Notes: a model not told the origin generated them from the letters alone. A DNA stretch of 64,000 bases from Rhodosorus marinus CCMP1338 (GCA_029953675.1 JAMWBK010000009.1:868001-932000), one strand, 5' to 3'; counted from the first letter of the stretch, positions 1 to 12,918 are shown. Numbers and translations are program-made.

Positions 1-233
1 TTGACGTCTTTAGCATTTCCCACATCCAACCTAAACGCGTCTGAGCCGTTCGCAGACTCGATCGTGTTCTCTCGTCCCCTCCTTCGCCATTTTGGTGTAG
101 CAATTGTAGCCCTCGCCGGCGATAGGAGCGGGTTGGAACCACCCACATCGACTGAAGCATCCTCCCGACTCATCCCGAGCGGAGATGTGGTACAGGAACC
201 GCCAAATCCGGAAGCTCTCCTTGCAGTTCTCAT
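1..233 (-). CDS. 5' end of an unidentified gene running off the left edge (MRTARRASGFGGSC...)
   Basis: ATG at 233 opens a frame that stays open to position 1. It is preceded by a C/A-rich (sense G/T-rich) leader at 280-740 like other gene starts here. Confidence 0.4.
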   Translation of the reverse strand, partial: MRTARRASGFGGSCTTSPLGMSREDASVDVGGSNPLLSPARATIATPKWRRRGRENTIESANGSDAFRLDVGNAKDV

Positions 234-1168
234 GCCAAACCTTCAGTCCACCACGCCAAGTCTCTCCTCATCCTAGGCCCTCCTCACGACCACCCACTCC
301 ACATAGCAGAATTCCCATCACGACACATAGTTCCCCAACATAAAAAAAAACAACCATGTACGGCGCCGATCACCCACCCCCAAACGTCGGGCCTCAGAGC
401 AACAATCCTATGAAAACTCAAACATCAAACTCTCCTTTGAACACCGTCCTTTCTCTTCTTCCACCCCAGGACTCCTTAACGCATCCCAAGCCCAAATCCA
501 TGCCCAGTCCCCGTACCACCCCACCCGGTCCCACTCCCCATCCTTACCATCATCATGACAATAGTAACATAAGAAAAGTCATCACCTTCAAAAAAACTAA
601 AAAACCCTCTCCCTACCATCAAATCACACCAAACCACCCCCCTCCCCCTTTTCCTGCTCCTTTCTTTTTCCATCACATCTTCCACACTCAGGCAATCGTC
701 ACCCTTCAGGCAAAAAAAATTCAATTAGATGATTAAAAGAAGAAAAAGGGCCGATATCTTTATTAATCAGGATAGGACTCCCCCCTCCCCCCTCGCTCAA
801 AATAATTGTGATGGGGAACGCAAAGAGCAAAAACAAGGAAAAGAATATCTTCTGAGATACATCGCATACAATACTATATTGTATATATGGTAAAGTTTTT
901 TTACTTAATTGTAGACGTTTGTCTTATACGGTAGTCGAGCTGTTTTTCTGGTCCGTGCTGCTGGGGCTGGATTTCGTGAATAGGGAAAATTTTCCGAAAG
1001 GGGGGTCGCTGCAGCCATATTGGATACTGCTCATTTCTTTTTTTTTGGGAAGGGGTAATATCCAAGGTACAACATGATACAATATTAAAATATGCTATAT
1101 TTTGTCATTGTCAAAGAACCATCAGCATTCTCAGGGTCACATGGCTGGGAAATGCTTTCCAATGAGAA

Positions 1169-1216
1169 TACATTGTCGCTTTGTAAGGGGTACGAGGCGT
1201 ATCACAGCGAAGTGTT
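1169..1216 (-). repeat. Degenerate copy of the segment at ~4089-4131
   Basis: ATACATTGTCGCTTTG..AAGGGG..TA[T/C]CACAGCGAAGTGTTC is shared with 4089-4131. Confidence 0.7.
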
Positions 1217-2105
1217 CGCTGGCCGTTGGCAACCCCTTCCTGAGTTTCTCCTTTCACCCGCTTGGTCTTTTTATAGAAATGATCCACTCTGCGTTTAACC
1301 ACTGAAGATCTTATTAGTACCGCGAGTAATATAGTACGATATATTCTTATGTACTATGAATTGACCTGGGAAAAGAATACATGGTGGTAAGGGGGGGTAG
1401 GTTTTCACCCCTTGGGACAAACTGTGACACTGCCCGGATCGTGTAGAGGGCACCAAGCGAGATATCGTCAAGCTATATCGTTTCTTTGTCTCTTTTGATC
1501 AAATCTGTTAACCGCGCCCTTGGTCGAAAAGGAAAAACGAGAGCATTCCCGAAACATCTCAGTCCCTGGCCACTCTCGGCTCAAGATGACCTGCTTCGGA
1601 AGCTGATCAGCGTCCCCCTCCCCCACCCATTCCAAGGCTTTAGGACAGATGGATTGAGGATAATTTTCTCCAGCGATCATCCCGAACTGCTCCAGCGATT
1701 CATTCGTCACGGTTTTTCATCAGCGCAGACCTTGAGATGGTCTAACAACGTCAAACCCCATTGGTGCAAACATAGAAAAATATATATATAGGAAATAAGC
1801 AAAAAAATTAATATTTGGACACTAATTTCTTCTAAAATATTATCTATTTGAATATTTCGACATGACATAATTTTTCTGCGTCTGTTGGTAACGGCTAAGG
1901 TTGACCTATGCTGGTTAGTCCAACTGGACATACTTCGTCCATAGCACGCAGGCTGGAGCGACGCAGGCAGGATTGGAGCTGAGAGCCAGCGATGGAACGA
2001 ACTAGGGACATATTTCGTGGATGCGGTGAGCAGTATTGTGTATCTTGAAGCGAGTCTAGCAAGAGCGTTACAGCGTGGTTTCTCATCTGTTGTGTTTTAT
2101 GGTGG

Positions 2106-3464
2106 ATGAGTGAGAGATTGGCAATGAGTGCGAGTGAGAATGTGTACTATGTCACGAATGAGACAGTCGATAAAGTAAGAGCTTTTGAGGTCAAGAAGGG
2201 TAGGCGATGGATAGAAAAAGAGTTGACAAGACTCATTCATTCCTGGCAAGGTATTAGTCGGTCTGTGTTCAATGAGGAAAAGAGACCAGATTGGTGGGTG
2301 CCCGGGGAGGTCGTGCATTTTGGTGAAACAGCCACCGAAATTCCCTTGTTCCAGAGCAGAAGAAAAATCAGATGGACTCAGGACGCTATGCGGTGCCTGG
2401 TGGCCCGTGCCTACCAGATGATAGATTGCTCGGTCGTTGCAAGCACGGTAGACCCAAGTGTTGTAGAAATGAGTCTAAACAGCACCCGCCCTGTAGATGA
2501 CCTCTCAGCACCCATCCATGGCTCGCTTGTGAAACCGACGAAAGAGAATGCATCAGTTCAAATTCTCGATCCATCAGTGGCAGAAGATTTTGATGCAGGA
2601 CAGAGGACGTGTGCTCAGCTCAAAACTCCGGAAAGTGCTCGACGCGCTGAGAAACTGGACTCCGAGGACATCGATACTATCATCGCTGAGATGGAAGTGG
2701 AGGTCCAAGCGAGATGTGATGCTCTTAGGAGCCTCGCTGAGCAAGTTGCACTCTCCCTCCAAAATGCATTCAGCGTAGAAGTGTTAAAGCTTCCGCGCAG
2801 AGTACGAGGAATGTCTGTCAGGCAATTTTATGAGAACTATGCCGGTGATGTTGACGCGATTCTTATGCATGATATCCGCAAGACTGTAGAGGAAAGCATT
2901 GCAATGGAGTCCAGTAAGAACTCAGGTCCGTAGTATAGAGCTATCCCTTCTTGCATTGGTGCTTACCAGATGTACAAGCTTTTTCGTGTTGCTTACTTTT
3001 GGGTTTATCGTGGATACTCAGGGCTTGTGCGGACCGACAACAAGCGGCGTAGGGCAAGACTTGAAACAGCTACTGCAGATGGGCTGGCAACGGGGAGGGT
3101 GCGCAGGACAAGGGCGCGTTATCGAGAGGCCCTTCAAGATGCATCGAACTCCCAACAAACAAAGCGCGTCCCACAGATCAATGCCACGCTTCACAGAAAG
3201 AGTGGATCGTTCCAGCAAAGCGCGGATCTCCTCGTCACTCCGGCGCAACCAAAGAAAAAGGATGTTGTCGATATGGATGCTCCTGGAACTGTCATTCAGA
3301 GCATTCGAAGAGGCAAGAATGGAAAGACGCGCATCGAACTCGATGATGGACATGCAATTGAGGTATCCGACGGGATGAATGCGGAGGCCAAGTCAGTTGC
3401 TCGGATGAAACTTGTCGAGCTACAACACGAGCTGCAATCACTGATTGCGGAACTGAACGGCTGA
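2106..3464 (+). CDS. Borealin (CPC subunit)-like protein with N-terminal NRF1-like domain; 2 exons (2106-2925, 3022-3464)
   Basis: EMEVEVQARCDALRSLAEQVALSLQNAFSVEVLKLPRRVRGMSVRQF matches the Nbl1/Borealin N-terminal helix. The GT-AG intron 2926-3021 joins the two ORFs in frame (NSG|LVRTD). The C-terminal helix resembles the Borealin dimerisation region. Confidence 0.7.
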
Positions 3465-3887
3465 TCTTGAAATCTCATGGAGAAGCCCTTCGGTTCAGTA
3501 CGCAATCAATTTTCAAGTCTGCGGTTGAAATGGCAGGGACACGAGAAGCAACGAAACATCTCGTTGCAGTCGAATCCACCGTGGCAGGTCCTAACGAAGA
3601 ACGGGTGACCATTCGAAGGAACAGTCTGTGCACAATGATGATGCTTACATCTTTCACGGTAGGAACCGAATTTCCTCGCGCACGGCACGACCTCTCCCTA
3701 AGTCGCTTGTCCACCCTGCAACGCTTTGTGGTCAACGAGAGTAACAGAAGGTAGCCAATACCTGTTCCCTACTGCAAATATTTTTCTGTTTCCAACATGT
3801 TTGTCGCTAGCCTATGTAGTCAAAGGACGAGACGAGTATTGAATCCAACCAGCCCTCGCAATGCCGAGAAAATTTTCGATCATTGAT

Positions 3888-4140
3888 AAATATTTACATC
3901 GGTTCCTCAAAAAAGTTCAGGGAATGTCCCTCAGCACCTTATCGTTAAGGAAACGATTAAGAATTGCCGTTCGATAAACGCTCTACTTGTCCATGGATCG
4001 ATGTCTCTACAATGGCCACGAAAACACGCTCGCCAGGTCATTCTCGAACAAATCCATATCCTCTACCGAAGCTATCAACCTGACAGAGATACATTGTCGC
4101 TTTGAAAGGGGTGTACCACAGCGAAGTGTTCCTGACAGAG
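3888..4140 (-). pseudogene. Decayed paralog of the last exon of the F-box gene (6845-7040)
   Basis: Clear nucleotide similarity to 6845-7040 (AAATATTTAC..GGTTCCTCAAAA..CGATTAAGAA..CAATGGCCACGAAAACACGCT..CCATATCCTC..ATCAACCTG). Translation LIASVEDMDLFENDLASVFSWPL* versus LMASMEDMGLRENSLTSVFSWPLE, with in-frame stops. Confidence 0.6.
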
Positions 4141-5090
4141 ATCTTCAAAGTAAGTTGAAATGAAAGGGGGTTGTTTGAGTAAGGAAGATGACCAATGTTA
4201 CTGATGTGGTCTAAATAAATTATTTTAAAACAGTAAATTCGTTTGGCCCGAACCTTTTTGTAGGAGACTTTTGCAGAACTTTTCAACCCTTGTTTTGGCT
4301 GAAAGGGGGTTCCCAGTTTTCCATAGATGTACATTTCTACCGTGGACCACGAAAGGGATGTCCTGCAGGGAGAATCACTGTCCAGGGTCTGTGACCCAGG
4401 ACGGAAGTGTCGATGAGAATGCTAGTTGTACTATGAGCCAATTTGAGTAATGGCTCAAACCATTCCGTTGGGCCTAGCCTGTTTTGTGTCTGGTTTTACG
4501 AATGTGCACTCAGATTTCATCCAGATGTCGATCCACTTGAAACGGACAAACGTACAGATGGTTGAAAAACTGGTGTTCACAGTCGCGGCGGGACGAGGCG
4601 CGCTGTATACAAAACTACTTGTAAGTAGTATGGTTATGCTCTCTGATTTTATAGGCGCAATGAAGATCCCATAGCGACGGATGAAGGTCGTGAGAAAGAA
4701 CCGGTGAGTGCGGTTAGCTCTACTCCTTACAACATAGCCTTGGTTCCTTGTTGGATGGTTCGCTGGTCGCATTGATATTCTCATTGGCTATCGTAGCATG
4801 CCAGTGAAGGCCGCGCACACTTTGTGTCCACTCTGCAGTGACAACGATATCGTCTGCACCTCTCTATACGTTGCGCCTGGTTAGAGATGGTAGTGCGCAC
4901 TCTGAGTACATAGAACCATCGATTGTCCTCACGGTGCATGGTACGCAAAGGAGGACTAGAGCCCATTAAGAAATTGTCCAGCAGCGGTCGGACAGGATAA
5001 TTTCTTGACCAGCACGTGGGTACCGGTCAGGTTGAGACAACAGGATTCGTAGACGGCATTTCTTTATAAACTAGGGAAATTGCACGCAGG

Positions 5091-5895
5091 CTAGGCCCGA
5101 GTATAGAGTTTACCGTGGACATCCCTCTTATGATTGATGCAGGCCTTTTCCCTCTCTGTCAGCACGTTGAAGGGGTTTTCTCCTATCCAGGAGTTTGGAG
5201 TTGAGTCAACGAAGAGCGGGTTCGCGCTTACGACCTCGTCCATTTGCTCTGCAACTTCCAGTACATCAGAGATTACGTACAATTCTCCGGAGGGCTTCAA
5301 GTGCTTGGCAATGACCTCAACTAGCTCTGGTTGAAGCACGCGCCTCTTCTGATGTCTCTTTTTAAACCATGGATCTGGGAACTGGACAGAAATCGTATCA
5401 AGCATTCCAGTAGGAAGCCGCGACAATACTTCGTCCAAGGAGACGTTCGCGTTGCAGAAGATAAAGTCCAGGTTTCTGAGATTCCTATCATCTCTCCAGT
5501 CATTTGCCTACGTTGATATGATAATTGCATCCGTCAAACCCTGAAGTCCAAGAGCAAATCGTCCAATTTCTTACCTGGTCTACGAGAGGTTTTCGAATTT
5601 CGAGCCCGAGGAAGTTCTTCTCTGGGTACTTCTCCGCCATATCGAACAAAAAGCGTCCTTTGGCAACTCCAACATCGACGTGGAAGGTTCGTTCTAAACT
5701 TTCGAACTTGTCCTTTGGCCACTCTTGTTCAAGCTCAACCGGCTTCTGCATGTGCTCCGACAAGGGGTTCACGTGTTGCCGGGTCCGAACTTGCCCGGAA
5801 GCAACAACAACCCCCATCCGGTTTCCTCTTCCACATGCTGATTCAGTTGCATCAGCAGACGTGAAAGTCTGAAAACTATTTACAAAGCAAACCAT
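5091..5895 (-). CDS. trmB: tRNA (guanine-N7)-methyltransferase, plastid-type; intron 5508-5574
   Basis: Motifs RTRQHVNP, VDVGVAKGRFL, NFLGLEIR, QFPDPWFKKRHQKRR and TERE. The splice GT-AG restores the frame. MVCFV transit-peptide-like start. Confidence 0.92.
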
Positions 5896-6914
5896 CGCGT
5901 GTTCCCAAAAGGATTCCAGTCGCATTGCCTCCCTTAACGACCAAACACCTTCTCCGTCGCCTGACGTCCAAAACAATTTGACTACGGCGTCTAAAGGAGC
6001 CGGGAAAGGGCTTGCGCTAAGCACTGTCGGGAATTCTTTTGCCCGAGCCCCCAAAAGATTACTCAAAATAGTGCAGCAACGCACCAGAACAGATAAAGCC
6101 AAAGTTTCAGCTTTTGCCGAACTCTGCGGTTGGCCCGTAGTTCTCTACTCGGGTGAACTTCAGTTTGCATGTGATGGAGGTACTGGCATTCGCGGCTTTT
6201 GAACGACTTTTTCCCCTCCCGTGCCCGAACACGGACTAGTTGAATTCCGGAAGTCCCTGAAATTTTCGCTTTCTACTAGACGGATGCCCCATTCTCTCGG
6301 TCCAGACCCCGTCCAGGGAAAGTGTAGACGGACAGTCCTCCCCTGCGATGTTGTCAACTGTGCGGATGCGCAAATCCCTCTCGGATGGCTTCGATATCGA
6401 GAAACGCGTCATTCTAATCACCTCATTTCTCACATCGAAAAACCATCTGAGAGAACAAGCGCATCAACCATGGGGATAACCCGGTGTTTCTGTATAGAAG
6501 AGGCTCACTGCTGAGGCGGTCAGCCGAACATTCTTGTCTGTGAAACTGTCGGTGAGGGATTGTGCGGTCTAACAAACGCAGATGGAATGGATGCGATCTC
6601 ACGGGCGCTCAACGAATACATTTGAGGGTGTTACTATCTAGTCTTCTGCTCTCGGATGATTCAATGCGCTGTCTCTGATCAAGAATCACGAGCTCCGTTC
6701 CTCACAAAGCGTGCAAAGGGCTAGTGCTTGCTTTCTTTCATTTTGTGCGCTTAGGTTTGCTGTTTGGCAGAGGGTGCAGCAAGTCTCGTCGGGACTAACC
6801 AATGCTTGCCATGCTGAGAAAGGTTCCAATTCAAACTCAGGAATAAAATATTTACGTTAAAGGTTCCTCAAAATTTTCAGGCGGCGTCCGTCGACATCCT
6901 TCCAAAGGAAGCGA

Positions 6915-8714
6915 TTAAGAACTCAGTGGGATAAGCACTCTCTTACATAGATCTATATGTACCTCCAATGGCCACGAAAACACGCTAGTCAAGCTATTCT
7001 CGCGCAAGCCCATATCCTCCATAGAAGCCATCAACCTGCGCCACCAAACATTCAACTATTCAGCCAATGCAAATAATATATCTCATGGATGCGGTTGGAA
7101 GGTTTCCTCCTGGTACGGGCCAACCTTTGCCGTAGCTCGTCTTACCCAGCATGAATATTCCGAAACTCGGTTATCGTTCTATTCAGCGGTATCTCGTTCT
7201 CTTGGTATACCCGACCAGTTGAGGGTAGAGCGAGCACGAACCAGAAGAGCGCTACGCGCCGCAAAAACTTGCAAGCTTCTGTCCTATCTACTAGCTCATC
7301 AGCAACGAGACCACTCGAACGGGTCTGCGGAACCACTGCTATTGGTCCGGCATCGAGAAGCTCCGTCAAAGCCTTCTCGATCATTTCCGATACCTCGAAA
7401 TCTTCCCCGGATGGATCCAGAGTTTCTCTCAGAAATATATAGGGCGTCCGTTCACTATAAAACGCCATCTCCAACGTATTGTCCACCACATCCTGCATTG
7501 TGCCGCTGGTATTCCTGTTTTGAATGAACCCAGTACTACCACTTGACAAGGCGTTTAATCTATAGCCATGCCCCAAAAGGCCACTTTCCATGCGCTTCTC
7601 ACGAAGGCAAAATTCGATGCGTTCTCTCATGTATCTGATCAGCCGAACAGCCTCTTCGAGGTCCAGCCGACCTTGAGCATAACCTTCGTGAAGAGCACAC
7701 CCCTTTAGTGCTAGGTTTCCTCCTCCCTCGAGAATTTTTTCAAACTCAGCCCATCGCAACCGCAACAGCTTCTTGTTTCTCAAGACCTGCTCAAATACTT
7801 CCCGCAAACTGGATCCCCGTTTGCTTACTCTCTCAAATACACGTTTCAAAATTAGCCGAGGTGAAACCGGCTGCACTGCCATCATACCGTTTTGTTCCCG
7901 GAACTCGATAGTGGCAATCTTGCCAAGAGACTTAATCTCACTGAATGTCCTCTTTCCCACCATCTGAAACAGAAACGCCACCCTATCATGCTTTGCAGAC
8001 AAAAATCCTCTGCTATGTAAACCCGCAATACCTTCATACTTTTCATGACCTACTTTTTCGCCTCCAAACACGAGAGACCCAAAGCAGACGGGGGGTAAGA
8101 CCATTCTGATCAGCTTAATCTACCAAGTCAAGAAAACGAGAAAACCTTGCTGTCAGCTTGACTATTTTTCAGCGACAAAGACAGACAAACGTAAACATTC
8201 TTGAGTGCATTACAGCTTCCTCGCATGCGCTCCAGCTCAATATAGTCCCCGTGGAAGTCTTTACAGAAGTACCATCCTCCACTATCTCCATATCAGCCAC
8301 AAGCCTCTCTAACATACGCGCCCATAGGCCTGACCTGCTGACTACTCGTTCCAACTGTCGATTTACTCTACGCAGTTGCATGGCCCCGAGCAGATCTTGC
8401 TCGAGCAACTCACATACAATTCGGTCCCAAAGTTCGTCGTTCAGCGAGCACGTCAGCTCCTCGTCCTCCCTCCTTGCATACTTGGCCCTTCCACACGTCT
8501 CCAGGAAAACAATCCTACTTGCCCTCCTTTTCCGCGAAATACCGAAGTCCCCATGTGCATCGATTTCCGCATCCAACTCTGCATCCGTCATCGAATTGAA
8601 CCCGCGCCATGAACTCGTCTCCCCTGACGAGTAGGGCGAACCTTCGCACTCATGATACGTTTCCCCTACATCCGCAACAAGCGACCTCAAAGCGGAGTCC
8701 AAGGCCAGCGTCAT
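6915..8714 (-). CDS. F-box protein with uncharacterised C-terminal domain; predicted introns 8120-8213 and 7036-7145
   Basis: LNDELWDRIVCELL..LRRVNRQLERVVSRSGLW is F-box-like. GT-AG introns link it in frame to the 320-aa ORF 7142-8104 and to a short last exon. The splice junctions are predicted. Confidence 0.6.
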
Positions 8715-10447
8715 CCTGTCCCGTTCCCCAAAAGAAACCCCCCTATCCCGACCCCAAATGGACCAAACCCCGAAACATCAACAAACAAAACAAAACGGGC
8801 CCCACCGAAAATACCTCCCGAAAAACACACCTTGCCACAACGCGTACAACTCAAAAGAATTCAGACCACATACCTCCCAAAAAAAAAAAAAACCACCACG
8901 ACCAAATTCAACTAGACACAAATTACCACGTGCCCAACTCCTTCCCGTCCAGACCTCCAACTCCTTCCCCCTACCCCAGACCACCCCAGACCGCCAGCCT
9001 GACAACTCCCAGAAGCCAAATACTTATATATCCCCCAGCATGTTGGCGAGCGCGTCTATCTAGTCATTCACCTATGACGTGAAAACGCTCACCCACTCCA
9101 CCCCACCCAAAATTCTATTCCAATATGAAATCATCCAAACCACCCCCTCTACTGAAACCCAATCTTACAAAACAAACCAAAAAAAAAAAAAAACAACGCC
9201 GGCTCCACTTTCGAAAGAAAGAAGGAATTCTGTCGGCACTATGAGAATAAGCACAAAAAAAGAACAGAAGCGTTGGGGGGGAGGAAGGTCATAAATTGTC
9301 TGATTTATAGTACTAGTACAAATCTGAGTACGCATGATATTGAATAAATGAATACATTTGGATGTGTGGTTATGAAAAATATTTGCGAAAAGTGTCTGAT
9401 AAGGGATGGTTATCAGACAGGTATTTTTAAATATTTTCATTAACAGACGAGGAACTTTCTTCCTTTATTGCATATGAATTTTATCGGACGTTTTATGACA
9501 TCCGTGAGCCGACATATCTGGGATTTTGGATACAGTAGGATGAGGACTTACTGGCAGCTCCCCGGACTGAAACTGGTACTTGTCTACTCCATCATCCTCA
9601 GGCTGCGCGGTGTCGTTGGTGCTGCAGCTGTTTTTGTAATGCGACGTATGAAAGAGTTCTCAATATGCTGAGGCGATGACTCATCCTACCGTTCGGGTCT
9701 CGACGCGGCCTCATCGGTTGGAACTGCTCATTTGTCGAGTGCTTTGGTCTGTTGGACAGAGTGGCCTCTCGCTGGCTTTCGAAGCGTCTTTCGTAATGCC
9801 CCCGGGACGTCTTGATAGTCTCCTCTCAGATCTTTCCTTGACGGTCGGGGGCTCTAACGCTGCTTCGTTGTTAGACGCCCGTCACCGGGTTCTCCGTTGA
9901 AACTCCTCGGGTGTTTAGCCCTTAAAACAAAACCGCATGATAGTAGAATTTGGTGGACCACCACACTGTACGGTACGAGGCCCTCTAATTCCACACACCC
10001 CTAGAGGACCTTTGATTTCTAGCCTACATCCGATAGAAAAGTATTGGACCTGAACTAGGAAGACAGAGCAAGGTTCATCGGATAGCTGACCGATAACCGT
10101 CCGATAAGGTCAGGGTTGCTCCTTCCTTGGAGGCGAGTGCGCAGATGATGATTTTCACACCTTGTCTGGCTTTGTGTGCCGCAAGTCTTGTCCCGGACAA
10201 CAAGCTCTGTGGCTGGCGTGCAGTACTGCATAAGAAAGAATCTATAATCTCAAAGAAAAGCAAAGATAGTGCGAACAGACTATCCCAAGCACCGTCAACC
10301 CTGCTGGTGGTTACTGAGCGCGACCGCAGCAGGCGGCCTAGTTTACAGTCTAGTGCCCTGTCCGAGGGCCCCCAGCTTGCTTTTGTCATGATTCCAATGC
10401 AAGCAACAAACTATATATTTACACAAGCCACCGTGTTGCTGAGAAGC

Positions 10448-11390
10448 TCATCGCTTCACCTTGATAAGACCTTGGAATAAGTCGAGACTCCTTCCGTCAG
10501 GTTGCAGTTCGTGTTTCTCACCTGTGTCCTGTTTCGCCTTCAGGTCGAAATAGAGAAGATTGCCGAGCAAAGAAGCTCTTGAGTCTGTTTTCCTTTGTCA
10601 GGAATGCAAGTGAACAGGCCGGGCCTGGAAGGCATCCGCTTACGAGAAGAAACCCTGTATCCGGTGCTAGGTCCACCACCGTTACTTCCGAACCCCCTTC
10701 CTCTTCTAGTTGCAGTCTTTGCCCCGAGTGCAACCAAAGGCTTCTGTACTCCTCAAGAAACATGCTGAATCCATTCTCCAAGAAGTCGTAGAACATTGGC
10801 TCGAAGTGATTGAAGAACTTGGCCAGGACGAGCTCTCTGGTAACAACTTGGGGATCGCCCAGTGCTATTGACCTGAGGCAGGTTGTGGGATGGTCGTTTT
10901 CCACGTTCACTCCAACCCCGACAGTTGCGAGAAACTCCTGAGTCGAAACAGAGGTTGAGTTGATAATAACGCCAGCTACTTTTTTCATTTGCTTATCGTT
11001 TCCATAAGCGGCACTGGAATATATGTCATTAGGCCACTTAATTCGTACTCTAGCCACCTCATTAGCCGTTCTCGCAAGGGCGAGAGAAACGAGATGCTGC
11101 ATTGTACCCAGCCTCGCCGGGTTTCGAATCATGCACCGAAAAGAGAACATCAAACATCCCAGCGGTGACTCCCACTGGTTCCTTCCCCGGCCTTTTCCTG
11201 ATGTCTGTATATCTGCTACGCATGTGTACCCTTCCGCTGGAAGGCTACCCATCCGCATGACCGCATCTTGCGTCGAATCCACCTTCGCAAGCACTTTCAG
11301 GTTCTGTCCAAACACCCTGGTGGACAAAGCTCCTACATAGCTCGGATAATTGAAAAAAGATAGCTCTGAATTCACGCTTTTAAGCAACAT
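10448..11390 (-). CDS. BPL1: Biotin--protein ligase (holocarboxylase synthetase); intron 10538-10643
   Basis: Motifs DSTQ, QTSGKGRGRNQWESPLGCLMFS, IKWPNDIY, KVAGVI and GVGVNV. The spliced C-terminus ELQPDGRSLDLFQGLI is typical of eukaryotic BPL. Confidence 0.93.
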
Positions 11391-12595
11391 TTCAAATAGT
11401 CATCATAACCCCAAACCTCCTCACACCCCGTTCAGCACATCCAAACGCAAAGCAAAGTGCAGAAATATCTTTCGCGTTGACATATCTCGTTCTAGGGTTG
11501 TCACAGACCGTCCAATAAATTTTCAAGTGCATAGAATATTAACAAACTGTAGAAAAAATTACTGGGTGTCAGATTGAAATTATTTAAAACAAACAGGTCC
11601 GATTAGCGTCCGATAAACGGATCCGATAAATCGTCCCATATCAATCAACGTTGGTCCAATAATCAATCATCTCTGAATCGACAATTAAATCATGATTGCT
11701 GCTTAGTATGACAAGCTCTCTAGCACATATCATGCATTATGATTACTTCTCGAAATGAGGAGCTCGTCATTATCATGTGATGAATCCTGATACTTTATGG
11801 CATCCTGTCGATCGACAGGCTGTCATAACGATGCAACTCCACGGTTGAGAATTGGGTGGCAGACCTTTCGACTGCCGAGCTGCCGTGTAACAGTCAGGTC
11901 TCAGAAGCCATCACATTTTCCCCTTTCGAATTGCTGTACAGACGCAACCCGACATTACCGCACGACCTCATCTTGCTGGACTACAACAGCTCTGCAGCTC
12001 GCTTACCCGAAGCTGCAATGGTGCTCCCACGACACCAACAAGATCAGTAATCTTTGGCCGACTCAACTTGCGTTATGCCCAGGAACGGCAGCGCTTTTAC
12101 TATGATCGTGCAAAAAAAGACGTTCCGTTTAAAACCGGCGATTACGTCCTCTGCCATTTACGCGAAATCTCCAACTGCCGGGTTCTAAGCTTTTTCGGTC
12201 TCGCTATTTGGGGCCTTTCAAAGTTCTACAAAAAATCGGCGAAGTCGCGTACCAGCTAGAGCTCGCGTAAGATTTCAAATTCATGATGTTTTTCACTCAT
12301 CTCTTTTGCGGAAGCTTATGGGATCCGAGCCTTCGACGAGTCGAGTAATACCTGCGTTCCTGCCGCTCACGCAACCGCGCGAGGTTAAGTCGGTATTGGG
12401 GCATAGGCTGAGCGCTGAGAGTTTGAACGAATATTTCGTCTATATGGAGGGGGAGACAACGGATGATCTACAATGGCTACCATATCATCAGCTGCCGCAG
12501 AATGGGAATACCAAGAAGCAGATCCGGTATTACGCAAACCTTCATAAGGCTGCTTCATCTTCAGCCCGGAAACCTGTTCCTTCGGAGGGAGGAGA

Positions 12596-12918
12596 TGTCA
12601 CGTCCTGAAGAGACAGGTTCAGTAGCACGGCCAGAGTGCTAAACCTACCATGGCTGGCCGGAGGGCTAAACTGGAGAATCCTGACAAGATTTGGCACGCT
12701 AACCTTAGCCAAAATATTACCGTAACTATGACATCTCTCTTAGCGTTAGCCGTAGGAAGAAAAGTGTCGGGAATAGAGTTAGGAAGAGTTAGGAAGAGTT
12801 AGGAAGAGTTAGGAAGAGTTAGGAAGAGTTAGGAAGAAGAAGTTAAACCTGAGACAAAAGTAAAAGCTGATTTACGAAGAAATTGAAACCAGGACAAACG
12901 TCATCTGAGGACGTTTCA
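12596..12918 (+). mobile_element. Putative 3' LTR (~323 bp)
   Basis: Starts TGTCACGTCCT right after the PPT and ends AGGACGTTTCA, an imperfect terminal inverted repeat with TG...CA ends. The right boundary is inferred. Confidence 0.6.
12776..12835 (+). repeat. Tandem 10-mer (GAGTTAGGAA)x6 inside the LTR
   Basis: Six perfect copies read directly. Confidence 0.97.

Larger units (their letters stand above)
11850..12918 (+). mobile_element. 5'-truncated, frameshifted Ty3/Gypsy (chromovirus-type) retrotransposon: integrase C-terminus, chromodomain, PPT, 3' LTR
   Basis: FSPFELLYRRNP, AQERQRFYYDR..FKTGDYVL, HDVFHSSLLRK and chromodomain-like EVKSVLGHR..EYFVYMEG..QWLP. PPT GGAGGGAGGAGA at 12584-12595 is followed directly by TG. 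Confidence 0.85.

Noticed and set aside
356-736. P/T/K/H-rich ORFs in skewed leaders (also 8609-9294, 17577-17849, 20341-20718, 34377-34983, 42404-42831, 54746-55467)
   Set aside because: Compositional artefacts of the G/T versus C/A skew; no domains.
12776-12835. TTAGG-containing array as telomere or CRISPR
   Set aside because: It lies inside an LTR, mid-contig, with no spacers. No repeat-spacer arrays or cas genes occur anywhere in the window.
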